The notes under the pieces: model-generated | Told to the model about the DNA's origin: nothing | Databases searched by the model: none | Seen by the model: only the letters and a program-made list of their open reading frames with translations | Program-made: the position numbers and the translations under genes | Virus record (IMG/VR): IMGVR_UViG_3300045988_107955 | DNA length: 48,678 nt | Source: a virus | Reading direction: 5' to 3' (one strand) | Shown here: positions 1 to 9,543 of the stretch, one piece after another | Layout of the letters: every line of letters starts with the position of its first letter | How positions within the stretch are numbered: position 1 is the stretch's first letter

Positions 1-119
1 ATTTTTTTGTTCATTCATCTTGTCAACAATTCTACTTCCTAGTCCTGATACAAAACCATTAGAGAAGTTAGTACCTGATTGTTGACCAAGTGTTGAAGCC
101 ATTGAAGCAAACTGAGCTA
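1..119. repeat. Terminal duplication of the window: 1-119 is identical to 48560-48678 (circular closure / assembly overlap)
   Basis: Compared by eye base by base. Both copies read ATTTTTTTGTTCATTCATCTTGTCAACAATTCTACTTCC...GCAAACTGAGCTA. The duplication lies inside the tape-measure ORF and keeps its frame. Confidence 0.95.
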
Positions 120-3100
120 GAGCATTTTGTAGCTGATTGATAGTATTCAAGACATTTGTCAAGTTACCAATAATAGCATCATTATCATTGATACCTGATA
201 GGCTATCAATAGCTGTCTTAATAGTATTAATACTATTGTTGAAGTTATCTGCATTTACTTCAGGGAATTGATTAATAGCGTTAGCAATAATCAAGATATT
301 ATTTACTGCTTGTACTGCATACATAATATTAGATGATAGCTTCTGAATATTTTGCAAGCTTGTAGTTAAGCCTGAATCATCTGAAGAAGCAAGAGACTGA
401 AGTACAGATTTAATCTTAGCAACTCTTGTTTCAATACCTGAACCTTCTACATTGATTAGGTCTGGGATTGTCATGAGTGTTTCTGCCATTGTCTTAAAGC
501 TATTAACTACAGAGGCCACTTGACCTACAGCTTCAGATACTTTAGCAAGCTTACCAATGTCTTGGATGAAGCTTCCTGTATCACTGTCAGTTAATGATTT
601 AAGAACTGATTGAATCTTAGCTACACGGGTCTCAATACCACTACCTTCAATGTTAATCAAGTCAGGAATCTGTGACAGAGCATCAGCAATAGTCTTAAGT
701 GAATTAATCATATTACTTGCTTCTTCTGCTAGTTTACCATAATCTGATTTACCTTTAAAGGCATCAAACATAGACATTAAACTTCCACCGTTTTCACCTG
801 CCTGGGTGATTGATTGAAGTGCTTGTCTTAACTGTTCAATCTTAGTAGGAATACCACTAAGGTCTTCTATTGAGTTAATTTCATTCAATGATGAAGCAAT
901 ACTACTGAGTTTACTTGTGAAGTCAGTTACACTCTTAATATTTGATGTTACATCCTTATTAAAAGGTGTATCTTTACCAAAGATTTTTAGAGTAGCAAGT
1001 TCACCAATCTTATCTAAAGCATTTTTAACTGATTCAATCTTAGTTGAGATGTCCAATCCATCAGGGATATTGTTAAGACTTTCAACAATATCTTTGATTT
1101 TATCAGATAGCTTTTTAAAGTTCTCATAACCTTTTAGGTCATCATCCTTGATAGTAGGAGGTGTTGGTACTCTAAAGTCACTTACTTTTTGTAGTGCCTT
1201 CTTAAGATTCTCTATCTTAGTTTCTAAAGATTCAAGACCATCATCATCTAGTTTAAGGCTACTAATCTTCTTGATAAAGTCTAGTAGTTTATTGAATGAC
1301 TTAAGCTTAGAATCTAATGTATTGGCATCTAAAGCAGAACCTATAGCATCTAAAGCTTTACTGAATACATTAATAGAGTCAATCCAGGACTCATTCCCTA
1401 GCTTCTTAAGGCTATTCATGACTTTAGTTAGGTTACTAATCTTTTCATCAATAGAAGAAGTATCAGAAGGTACTTCTACTGAGTTAATATCATCAATGAA
1501 CTGTGTAAGCTTCTTGATTGTAGAAGTCAAATTACTTACTGTGAGTTTGTCCATAAATGAACCTAGTGCATTAAGAGAAGCCAATACAGGGTCAATAAAA
1601 TAAGTATTACCTACACTTACATTAGCAAAAGCAGAACCTAAAGCTGTTTGAATATTACCAAGTTTACTTAGTTTATCCTTAATTCCATCTATATTGTCAG
1701 GAATCTCCATTCCTTGGATGTCAGTAATAAAATTACCTAGTTTTTCTACCAACTTAGTATTATTACTTGTTTCCCAACCTTTAAGGAATGAAGCAATAGA
1801 GTTATTAAAGTGTAGTAGAATATCTGAGTAATTAGTATCACCTACAGATATGTCAGCAAAAGCACTACTTAAAGTCTTTTGAATGTTTCCTAGATTTCTA
1901 AGTTTAGTCTTAAGTCCTGATAAGTCTTCAGGCATGTTAAGCTGACTTAGTGTAGCTATTAGGTTAGCTACTTTAGTAACATTGTTTGTTAAAGAGCTAG
2001 TCTCTAAACCTTTAGCAATATTACTAAATGTATTACCAATAGACTTAATAAAATCTACAGGATTTTTAATACCACCACCACTAACTGAACTAAGCTCATT
2101 AATAAGCTCAGTCATGTTCTTAAGTTTCTTAATGGTATCTTTGAACTTAGACTTGTCAGGAATATTCTTAACACTACCTTGTAGCTTAGTAAGTTGATTT
2201 GCTAAAAGGATGATACTTTCAACTTGGATAGCTTGTGCTAAGTTACTAATAGTACCAAAGATAGATGGTAATAGAGCTAGAGTAGATATATTACCACTAA
2301 TAGCACTTGCTAAACTCATTTCAGTAACAAGAGCTGTAAAGTTAGCCATCTTCTTACCGAAAGTACCTGCTTTAGGTAATTTAACTTTATTGATTCTAGC
2401 TACAGTCTTAGCTACAGACTCCATAGCTTTAGCTACAATAACCATAGTACCTGCAGTAGCTAACATGGACAGTAACCCTGCTCCTAGAGCTAAAGCTCCA
2501 ACACCTTCTGTAGCTACCATTAAAGCACCAATACCAGTAGCAATAACTCCTACTAAAGTAACAAGACCTGTCATAGCTAACATTGTTCCTGATACCTTAT
2601 CTGCATCAAACTTAATCTTATTAAGCTGTTCCATAGACTTAGCCATAAGAAGCATACCAGTTACTACTCCTGCCATAGCAGTAGCACCTATAAGTAAGTC
2701 CTTACCTAGTTCTTTACGTTGAAGTATTTTACCTAAAACTACAGCGTAGCCTGCCATAGCAGATACCATAGTTACCATAGTACCTACTTTAACTGTAGCT
2801 TCAGTAAAGTCCATGTCAGTATTACTAATGTCTTTAAAGGCACTAGCAATAAGTTTAATAGAACCTGCAAAGGCTAACATCTTAGCTGAGTCTCCTAGTG
2901 ACTTAGTAAGACCACCTAATAGGCTTGTAGAGCCTCCAGAAGCCCCTCCTGAGCCACTACTTCCTCCCCTACTGAAAGGGTTCTTAAAGTTCTTTAACAG
3001 CCCTAGAGTGCTTGATAATGCCCTTACAGAACGAGCCATCTTAGATACTACTAACCAACCTGCAGAAGCAGTAATAATACCACCAAGAATCTTACCAGTA

Positions 3101-4482
3101 TTCTTACCATTAGCATTAATTTTAGCAAAGCCTTTAGCAAGTAATTCAATTCCCTTACCTACAGGAGCTAGATATGTTACAAAGTCTTTAAGACCTTGTT
3201 TAAAGTCAAACTCTCCAAACATTTCTTTAAAGAGTGACATAGCTTTGCCTACACCTTTACTTACAAAGTTTTGAATAACATCACCATTCTCTGATACTGT
3301 ATTCATTAACTTAACTAGTCCATCAATAGCAGGTGTTAAAGCTCCTGGTTCAAATGGAGTACCTACAAGACCTATAGTAAGGGATTCTCTCATGTTCTCC
3401 CAAGCTGATTTAAGGGTTTTGGTGTTTGTTGCAGCCTTTAACAAGGCAGGGTCTTGACCTACTTCATTCAATACCTTGATGAAGTCTTTACCTAGTACCT
3501 TACCTTCTTTCATGGCATCAGCTAGGTTATCAAAACCATATTCATCTTTAAACTTCTGAACAACCTTTTGTGTAGCTGTACCACCAATAGCATCTCTGAT
3601 AGGGTTCCAGTCTCTAGCTAAGACTTTACCTTCTAAGGACATCTGTTTAATCTGTGTAGATACACGTTTAAGGGCATTAGAAGGGCTACTAGCAAGGGCT
3701 GAGATATTAGCAAGGTTTTTGGTTAGGTTATCAAAACCTCCAAAGTCTTTATCAAATCCTGCCCCTTTTAATGCACCTGCCAAGTTAGTAAGCTCAGCTA
3801 CATTGTACTTAGTTTGAGCACCGTATTTAGATAAGTTTTTAAGTGTTGAGTTGATTTCTTTGTCACTAAGAGGATTGTCTAGTGACCTCATGTTGTTTAC
3901 AAATTCATTCTGAGCATCATAAAGCTCTCCTGCGTCTTTAGCAAAGCTTTTACCAATGTTTAAAGCTCCCCTAGCAGATAGAGCCAATACTTTACTAGAA
4001 ATGCTATCTAAGGCATTAGAGATAGCTGTAAGACCTGATGTATCACCATGAATCTTAACAGTTCTATTCTTATTAACCTTATCATCAATAGCATCAATAT
4101 CACTTTTAGCTTTATTGATACCTGACAAGTCAGCATTTACTTTAAAGGTTTTACCCTTAAGACTATTGAGGTCTGAGGATACCTTAGTAATGCTTCTAGT
4201 GTCTGCATCTACCTTAACACTTACTGTCTTATTCTTAAGAGCTAGCAAGTCTTTTTGTACCTTAAGTACCTTATTACCATTACTATCAACATCAACTCTA
4301 ACACGTTTGTTTTTAAGTTTATTGACAGTATTGAATAAGGCAGTAACATCCTTACTGTTTGTTACTGCCTTAACATTTATAGTAGTAGTACCTCTAGAAT
4401 ACTTATCTAACTTGCTCAGAAGGTCAGTAAGGCTCTTATCTACCTGGGAGGTAACTTGTACCCTTAATTGCCTTTGAGCCAT
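1..4482 (-). CDS. Tail tape measure protein, first 1494 codons. The ORF leaves the window at base 1 and continues in frame at 48559, for 1662 aa in total.
   Basis: ATG at 4482 with AGAGG 6 nt upstream. Hand translation MAQRQLRVQVTSQVDKSLTDLLSKLDKYSRG... stays open. The ORF track shows no minus-strand ORF here only because no stop lies inside the window. Coiled-coil repeats plus Gly/Ala-rich hydrophobic segments (about nt 2300-2800) are typical of tape measures. It sits between the tube candidate and the baseplate genes. Confidence 0.85.
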   Translation of the reverse strand, partial: MAQRQLRVQVTSQVDKSLTDLLSKLDKYSRGTTTINVKAVTNSKDVTALFNTVNKLKNKRVRVDVDSNGNKVLKVQKDLLALKNKTVSVKVDADTRSITKVSSDLNSLKGKTFKVNADLSGINKAKSDIDAIDDKVNKNRTVKIHGDTSGLTAISNALDSISSKVLALSARGALNIGKSFAKDAGELYDAQNEFVNNMRSLDNPLSDKEINSTLKNLSKYGAQTKYNVAELTNLAGALKGAGFDKDFGGFDNLTKNLANISALASSPSNALKRVSTQIKQMSLEGKVLARDWNPIRDAIGGTATQKVVQKFKDEYGFDNLADAMKEGKVLGKDFIKVLNEVGQDPALLKAATNTKTLKSAWENMRESLTIGLVGTPFEPGALTPAIDGLVKLMNTVSENGDVIQNFVSKGVGKAMSLFKEMFGEFDFKQGLKDFVTYLAPVGKGIELLAKGFAKINANGKNTGKILGGIITASAGWLVVSKMARSVRALSSTLGLLKNFKNPFSRGGSSGSGGASGGSTSLLGGLTKSLGDSAKMLAFAGSIKLIASAFKDISNTDMDFTEATVKVGTMVTMVSAMAGYAVVLGKILQRKELGKDLLIGATAMAGVVTGMLLMAKSMEQLNKIKFDADKVSGTMLAMTGLVTLVGVIATGIGALMVATEGVGALALGAGLLSMLATAGTMVIVAKAMESVAKTVARINKVKLPKAGTFGKKMANFTALVTEMSLASAISGNISTLALLPSIFGTISNLAQAIQVESIILLANQLTKLQGSVKNIPDKSKFKDTIKKLKNMTELINELSSVSGGGIKNPVDFIKSIGNTFSNIAKGLETSSLTNNVTKVANLIATLSQLNMPEDLSGLKTKLRNLGNIQKTLSSAFADISVGDTNYSDILLHFNNSIASFLKGWETSNNTKLVEKLGNFITDIQGMEIPDNIDGIKDKLSKLGNIQTALGSAFANVSVGNTYFIDPVLASLNALGSFMDKLTVSNLTSTIKKLTQFIDDINSVEVPSDTSSIDEKISNLTKVMNSLKKLGNESWIDSINVFSKALDAIGSALDANTLDSKLKSFNKLLDFIKKISSLKLDDDGLESLETKIENLKKALQKVSDFRVPTPPTIKDDDLKGYENFKKLSDKIKDIVESLNNIPDGLDISTKIESVKNALDKIGELATLKIFGKDTPFNKDVTSNIKSVTDFTSKLSSIASSLNEINSIEDLSGIPTKIEQLRQALQSITQAGENGGSLMSMFDAFKGKSDYGKLAEEASNMINSLKTIADALSQIPDLINIEGSGIETRVAKIQSVLKSLTDSDTGSFIQDIGKLAKVSEAVGQVASVVNSFKTMAETLMTIPDLINVEGSGIETRVAKIKSVLQSLASSDDSGLTTSLQNIQKLSSNIMYAVQAVNNILIIANAINQFPEVNADNFNNSINTIKTAIDSLSGINDNDAIIGNLTNVLNTINQLQNALAQFASMASTLGQQSGTNFSNGFVSGLGSRIVDKMNEQKN

Positions 4483-4496
4483 ACTCTACCTCTTTC

Positions 4497-5852
4497 TTAA
4501 GCTTCTACATAACGGTCATAGAATTTACCATTTCTACGAACAAAGGTAACTTCTAGTGACAAGTTGACTTCATCTGAATTGTTGAACTCTTCTGAGTGTG
4601 AAGTGATGATACCATAGAATCTGAGGTATTCACGTTTACCATTAGTAGCTACACGAGGTACTGTGAACTCAGCTTCAAATGAATCAAGACGGTCTTCATT
4701 AGCTTCAAAGTGTTCAACTTCTTTTTCAGCATCATAAGTAACCAATACTTCACGGTTGATGTATTTCTTATTGACATACACTGTACCAAAGTCCTTAGCC
4801 TTAACGTTTGAGATAGCTACAAACTCATTAGGGTCTACAGGAGTTACAGATGGTACTTGAAGTGGTTCAAGATATACACCATTACAGTTTTCTCCAAGAG
4901 AGATAATTACTGAGTTACATGTTGGATACAAGTCAGCAAGTTCAATGTAACCATACTCAGTACCATTAATTGTTTTACCTTTAACAGTAAACACTCTTGT
5001 AGTTGGAATACCAGCTACAATAGTTCCACCTTTAGACTCCAATGGATTCAACCAGAAGTCATTAAGTGAACGAGTAGCACCTGAAATACTTGTAGTGATT
5101 TCAGTAGATGAAGGGTCATATCCTGAACCAAAACATCTAGCATCTGAAGCACCAAGTGAGATGTCATGAGTGAATGATTCCAAACATGAGATAAGCACGT
5201 TATCAGACTTATGTAACTCATTCTTACAAGCAATAGTCTTGATAGAAGAGATACCGAATGGTTCTTTTACAAGAGCATCATTCTTATCTTTATGCTTAAT
5301 AGTGTACTCTACATGGATACCATCTTCTGAAGGAATCCATCCTGTACCTGTTTGAGATTTAATTGACAGTGGGTTAGCAAAGTCAAATTGTGCTACTTGG
5401 AACACATCTGTAGCTAGACCTACTCCTGTAAGTTCTACAGCGTATGTGTAAGAGTTTTTACCTTCTACATCATGCAAGTCTGAAACTTTAGCTTCAACTG
5501 TAACTGTATCTGAACCAAGGAAAGTAACATACAAGTAATGGAATCCAAAACCTGCTTTAGTGTAATCACCACGGATGTCATATGTAACTGTAGCTTCACC
5601 TTCAACTGGTTTCACATAAAGTGTACCTGTCATGTGACATGCTTTCTCATTACATCTAATCATGTCTTCAGGTGTAGTCAAGGCATCAAATGATTGAAAC
5701 TCACCCTTAGTAATTTCACGATAGTTCTTAGTTGAAAGCTCTGTGTAGTAGTTAATCTTTTCAGATACTCTAACACCAATGATTTCATTTTTGTTTTGCT
5801 TAGCATAACCATACATAGGATGAGTAAGCTTTGGCATACAACCTTGTGTCAT
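4497..5852 (-). CDS. Major tail (tube) protein candidate, unusually large at 451 aa
   Basis: The ORF ends 14 nt before the tape-measure start, which is the position of the tube gene in siphovirus late operons. The sequence is beta-rich with no enzyme motifs. Function is by synteny only. Confidence 0.5.
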   Translation of the reverse strand: MTQGCMPKLTHPMYGYAKQNKNEIIGVRVSEKINYYTELSTKNYREITKGEFQSFDALTTPEDMIRCNEKACHMTGTLYVKPVEGEATVTYDIRGDYTKAGFGFHYLYVTFLGSDTVTVEAKVSDLHDVEGKNSYTYAVELTGVGLATDVFQVAQFDFANPLSIKSQTGTGWIPSEDGIHVEYTIKHKDKNDALVKEPFGISSIKTIACKNELHKSDNVLISCLESFTHDISLGASDARCFGSGYDPSSTEITTSISGATRSLNDFWLNPLESKGGTIVAGIPTTRVFTVKGKTINGTEYGYIELADLYPTCNSVIISLGENCNGVYLEPLQVPSVTPVDPNEFVAISNVKAKDFGTVYVNKKYINREVLVTYDAEKEVEHFEANEDRLDSFEAEFTVPRVATNGKREYLRFYGIITSHSEEFNNSDEVNLSLEVTFVRRNGKFYDRYVEA

Positions 5853-6049
5853 TACTTATCTCCTTTCTTTTCTTTTTTGTCTTCTTTAGCTTCTGCTTTA
5901 GCTACAGAGTTGAGCTTAGCTTCTGCTACTACTTGTCTAATTCCTGCAAGTTGTCTTTGAGCGTACATAGTACCATTCTCACCTGCAAGCTTTTGTCTAG
6001 ACTCATAAAATGCGTCTAGGTCTAGTGGTTGTTCTTTAATCATCCACAT
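5852..6049 (-). CDS. Small hypothetical virion-module protein (65 aa)
   Basis: Start and stop are coupled to neighbouring genes. The C-terminal tail is rich in Lys, Glu and Ala. No motif recognised. Confidence 0.5.
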   Translation of the reverse strand: MWMIKEQPLDLDAFYESRQKLAGENGTMYAQRQLAGIRQVVAEAKLNSVAKAEAKEDKKEKKGDK

Positions 6050-6609
6050 TCTCCTACAGTAATTTTAAATTGTTTTGAGATAGTGTTTATCTCATCATAT
6101 ACTTGTTCAAATGTAACTGGATAGTCACTGATACTAACCACATTACAAATTTTGTCTTCAAAGTTAGGTAATTTTTGTAAATCTTGGAATATGTCTCGGT
6201 AAACTACTTCATTCTCAATATAAGACCTAGAGAACATCATAGCTTTCAATCTTCTATCTACTTTATCTTCTAGGTCTAAGTTACCTTCAGGTGTATTCTC
6301 TAAGATAAGCTCCTGGTCAGCAGAAATGGTAGTCCAATGATATTTAAAAGTAATTAGATACTCACAATAACACTGTGAAGAGTAACCTACATTTGATACA
6401 TCTACTGTTAATAGTGGTAGGTGAGCATTGAAATTTGACTTATAGAATTGAGCTGTAGAGAAATGACGATTGAGTTCATGCATAAAATTCTCATAACGAA
6501 TGGTTGTGTCTCTAGACATCTCATCTACAGGCTCTAGAATTAGGTCTAGAATATCTATACCATATTCAATAAGCCATCTCTTAATATTAGTGAAAATCTT
6601 CCTCTTCAT
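6040..6609 (-). CDS. Hypothetical neck/tail-terminator-position protein (189 aa)
   Basis: Lies between the gp10-like gene and the tube candidate and is translationally coupled. Function is inferred from gene order only. Confidence 0.4.
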   Translation of the reverse strand: MKRKIFTNIKRWLIEYGIDILDLILEPVDEMSRDTTIRYENFMHELNRHFSTAQFYKSNFNAHLPLLTVDVSNVGYSSQCYCEYLITFKYHWTTISADQELILENTPEGNLDLEDKVDRRLKAMMFSRSYIENEVVYRDIFQDLQKLPNFEDKICNVVSISDYPVTFEQVYDEINTISKQFKITVGECG

Positions 6610-6917
6610 CCTGCACCTACCTGATTAATTGCTTTATCCAAGAAAGGGTTGGCAGGAGTCTTATAAGTACCGTCATGATGATACCTTGCATAATTCCTAC
6701 CTCTAGGGTTTCTAGGGTCAGTTACAAGCAAGTCTTCATCAATACCTACATAGAAGTCCTCTCCACTCTCTTCTACTGTTACAGAGTCTCTTAAAGCCCC
6801 TGTATCAACATGTATATTGTTTTCTACTGCTACTTTTAATTCCTGAACTACAGTGTGCATTTCTTCTTCAATCCAAGCATCTATCTCAGCATCACCTGTT
6901 CTTCTTCTCCTAACCAC
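6606..6917 (-). CDS. HK97 gp10-like head-tail joining (tail completion) protein
   Basis: 103 aa with the motif VDTGALRDS, which I associate with the HK97 gp10 family. It sits in the head-tail joining block. Confidence 0.55.
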   Translation of the reverse strand: MVRRRRTGDAEIDAWIEEEMHTVVQELKVAVENNIHVDTGALRDSVTVEESGEDFYVGIDEDLLVTDPRNPRGRNYARYHHDGTYKTPANPFLDKAINQVGAG

Positions 6918-6919
6918 AA

Positions 6920-7351
6920 TTATCTTCCTGTGTGACTTTCATCTGCAGTAAGAGCATCCCTAATTATTAGTTTATACTCTTCTCTAGTTGTAAGTCTTTG
7001 TCCACGAATGATTAGATAATAACAACCTGGCATAACCTCATTCTGTGATACTGCTAGAATCTTCCACCAATAACCTAAGTCAGGTTCATAGATGTAGTCT
7101 CCTAGGACAATATCAAAGTTTCTTTGTTGGTCTTGTCTCCAAACCTCAATATAGAATAGCTTATGATTAAGCTCTTGCTCAGTCTCATAGGTATTCTTAC
7201 TGAAGTTTCTGTAGGCATTGTAGAACTGTACTACTTCTACACAAGTGAACTGGTTTGTTTGTTCCCAAACGGTTGAATCTATTTGCCTACCGTTATCATC
7301 ATATTGTGGGTTAGTAGTTCCATGTCTAAAGATATAGACATCTTTAGCCAT
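6920..7351 (-). CDS. Head-closure / neck protein candidate (143 aa)
   Basis: Called by synteny within the connector block between the capsid and tail genes. No motif recognised. Confidence 0.35.
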   Translation of the reverse strand: MAKDVYIFRHGTTNPQYDDNGRQIDSTVWEQTNQFTCVEVVQFYNAYRNFSKNTYETEQELNHKLFYIEVWRQDQQRNFDIVLGDYIYEPDLGYWWKILAVSQNEVMPGCYYLIIRGQRLTTREEYKLIIRDALTADESHTGR

Positions 7352-7608
7352 TAGATAACCTCTTCAAATGCTTGTAGCTTATTACCGTTGACATAACTGT
7401 ACTTATTCAAGAGTGCCTTACCTAACTCATCAGGCACATCATACTCTCTACCAAGGTAGAAGTTAAACTCTCTATCATGATAGAAGTATCTGTAAGGCTC
7501 TAGGAGAGCCATTTCAGTCCTACCAATAGAAGATTGACCACAAGCACTGCAACCACCTCTTCTAGTTCTTCCTGTAGGGCTATTTACACCTCTATATCTA
7601 ACTCTCAT
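7351..7608 (-). CDS. Small hypothetical head-tail module protein (85 aa)
   Basis: Translationally coupled at both ends. The N-terminus is basic and carries a CSAC pair. Confidence 0.45.
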   Translation of the reverse strand: MRVRYRGVNSPTGRTRRGGCSACGQSSIGRTEMALLEPYRYFYHDREFNFYLGREYDVPDELGKALLNKYSYVNGNKLQAFEEVI

Positions 7609-8345
7609 TACTTACTCTTTCCTACTGTAATTTGCTTTTCAGTCCTTAGATTATAGCTTCTGCCACAAAGAGAATATCTTCCTAGGCTATCTTTGTAAAA
7701 GTTATTTACTAATTGAGAGAAGAAGTATTCTTGTGAATCCTTATTAATCTCCCAAACATACTTAATAGTATCTACATCTTTTTGTACCAAAGAAGCCCCT
7801 GCTGATAGTCTATTGACATTAGCACAGTCACCAACACTCATACAGTTATTGGCAATTGCAGTGTACCCTGTAAGGTAATGACAGATTAAGTTATCCCATT
7901 CAGGACTACTTAAGTCATAACCTGCTTCATATCTCATGACTAACACATTGTGAGAACAATTCTTATCACAAGAGTTGTCCTCAGTGTTCATAAGCTCATC
8001 TAGTCTGATAAAGAACTTATCAGCAATATCATCATAAGTAAACAAGCTTTTATCTAGAGGAACGATATTGACACCTCTAGAGCTGTACTGTCTTAACTCC
8101 ACTGTAACAGTATCTAGATTAATAGCTTTCCAATATGGATGTACTTGAATACAAGTGTAGCTACAGAGTTCTCTATTTAGGTCTATTGTGTGGATTCTAC
8201 AGCACTGCTCAATAGTTCCTCCTGCAACATCCCAACAAGTAATGTTACTAAGAAACCTAACAAAGTTACTCCAAATAGTGTCAAACTCAGATTGAGTAAC
8301 CTGACTCATACAAGCACATTTGCTCTTAATGGCATCTAGTAACAT
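7608..8345 (-). CDS. Cys-rich head-tail connector/adaptor candidate (245 aa)
   Basis: First gene after the capsid gene. It has 13 Cys by hand count. Function is by position only. Confidence 0.4.
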   Translation of the reverse strand: MLLDAIKSKCACMSQVTQSEFDTIWSNFVRFLSNITCWDVAGGTIEQCCRIHTIDLNRELCSYTCIQVHPYWKAINLDTVTVELRQYSSRGVNIVPLDKSLFTYDDIADKFFIRLDELMNTEDNSCDKNCSHNVLVMRYEAGYDLSSPEWDNLICHYLTGYTAIANNCMSVGDCANVNRLSAGASLVQKDVDTIKYVWEINKDSQEYFFSQLVNNFYKDSLGRYSLCGRSYNLRTEKQITVGKSK

Positions 8346-8355
8346 ATATCACCTC

Positions 8356-9543
8356 TTAGGCTTTAGGAACATGCACCATTGGGAATGGAACTTCACCGTC
8401 CAATGCACCCATGATACGAGTGTATACACCTGCAGAACAGTTAGCTGACAATGGCATACCTGTCAATAGGATGTTACGAGCATAGTTAGCTGAGTGAGCT
8501 ACACCTGCATTTTCATAGATGTCACAAGCTACAAAGTTACAATCTGAATCTGGTTCAAGAGTTGTACCTTGACGAATTTTATCTGCAGGAATGAGCAAGT
8601 CTTTATAAACCATTGATACTTTAGTTACTGACAAGTCAATAATGTAAGCTTCAAATGTGTTGTTTACTTCCAAGTCTTTTGGTACATAGATGTCTTTTAC
8701 AATAGGGATACCTTTGTATTTAAGAGTAACTGGTGTACCTTGGAAGCTACCAAAGTTACCTCTTTCCCAACCTGCAGGGAGTTTACCATTTTTACCTTCA
8801 ACAACTACATCTGAAATAGCTGTGTGTCCTACTGGATGGACAAAGATAGCATAGTTAGTTGAAGTACCTTGGTTAAGTACATCAAGGATACATCCTGCTT
8901 GTGCAAATGCACCAAGGATGTCACCTGATTGGATAGGAGTTACTGCAGGGTGTGACATTACTTCTGCAATACCGTGGAAAGGTCTCAAACCTTTACCTTG
9001 GTAGTTAACCAAACCTTGTGCAATAACACGTTGTGTACGGAAGGCAAATGAGAACCATGCAATGTATTGCAATGATGCTTCATAAGTCATTCCTGCTCTT
9101 TGGAAGTAGTTAAGCAAGTCATTAGACTTGTACTTAAGAGCTGAGTTCATCATCTTGTCAAGAGTTGTTTCACAATCTTTCAAGCAAAGTGAGAAGATTT
9201 TAGCTGAGTCAGCACAAGCTTGAATTTCAAACGGTGTGAAACAGCATCCTTGACCATCATCTGGGTCTGTTGTACCCCAAGTATAGGTTTCAGTAACCCA
9301 CTTACCTTTGTTGTTTTTAACAAAAGTAGCGATTGATGATTCTGCAATAGATTCAAGCATAGATGCTACCATTGGTGATGTGATGTTGAAATCTCCCAAT
9401 GATGGCAATGCTTTTGAGTAGTCTTTAGCAATACCGAAAGGTAGCTCGTGACCCTCTCCTGCATTTTCCATGTTTTTCTGAATTGCTGTAGCAAGTTCTC
9501 CTACAACTTCTTCAGTATAAATGTCATTAGTAACATTACTCAT
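8356..9543 (-). CDS. Major capsid protein
   Basis: 395 aa, immediately downstream of the protease-scaffold gene with a shared start/stop base. Size and position are typical of an HK97-fold capsid protein. No direct motif proof. Confidence 0.7.
   Translation of the reverse strand: MSNVTNDIYTEEVVGELATAIQKNMENAGEGHELPFGIAKDYSKALPSLGDFNITSPMVASMLESIAESSIATFVKNNKGKWVTETYTWGTTDPDDGQGCCFTPFEIQACADSAKIFSLCLKDCETTLDKMMNSALKYKSNDLLNYFQRAGMTYEASLQYIAWFSFAFRTQRVIAQGLVNYQGKGLRPFHGIAEVMSHPAVTPIQSGDILGAFAQAGCILDVLNQGTSTNYAIFVHPVGHTAISDVVVEGKNGKLPAGWERGNFGSFQGTPVTLKYKGIPIVKDIYVPKDLEVNNTFEAYIIDLSVTKVSMVYKDLLIPADKIRQGTTLEPDSDCNFVACDIYENAGVAHSANYARNILLTGMPLSANCSAGVYTRIMGALDGEVPFPMVHVPKA

Noticed and set aside
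917-4477. Six plus-strand ORFs (917-1129, 1148-1603, 1982-2197, 2210-2722, 2813-3274, 4115-4477) with Leu/Ser/Ile-rich low-complexity products.
   Set aside because: They lie antisense to the hand-verified open tape-measure frame, have no RBS context, and show compositions typical of the reverse frame of a coiled-coil gene.
1-4482. Possible stop-codon reassignment or a giant non-coding region, suggested by the absence of any minus-strand ORF in the track.
   Set aside because: Hand translation from ATG 4482 is open under the standard code. The ORF is missing from the track only because it has no stop inside the window, since it wraps to 48559. All other genes terminate normally with TAA, TAG or TGA.
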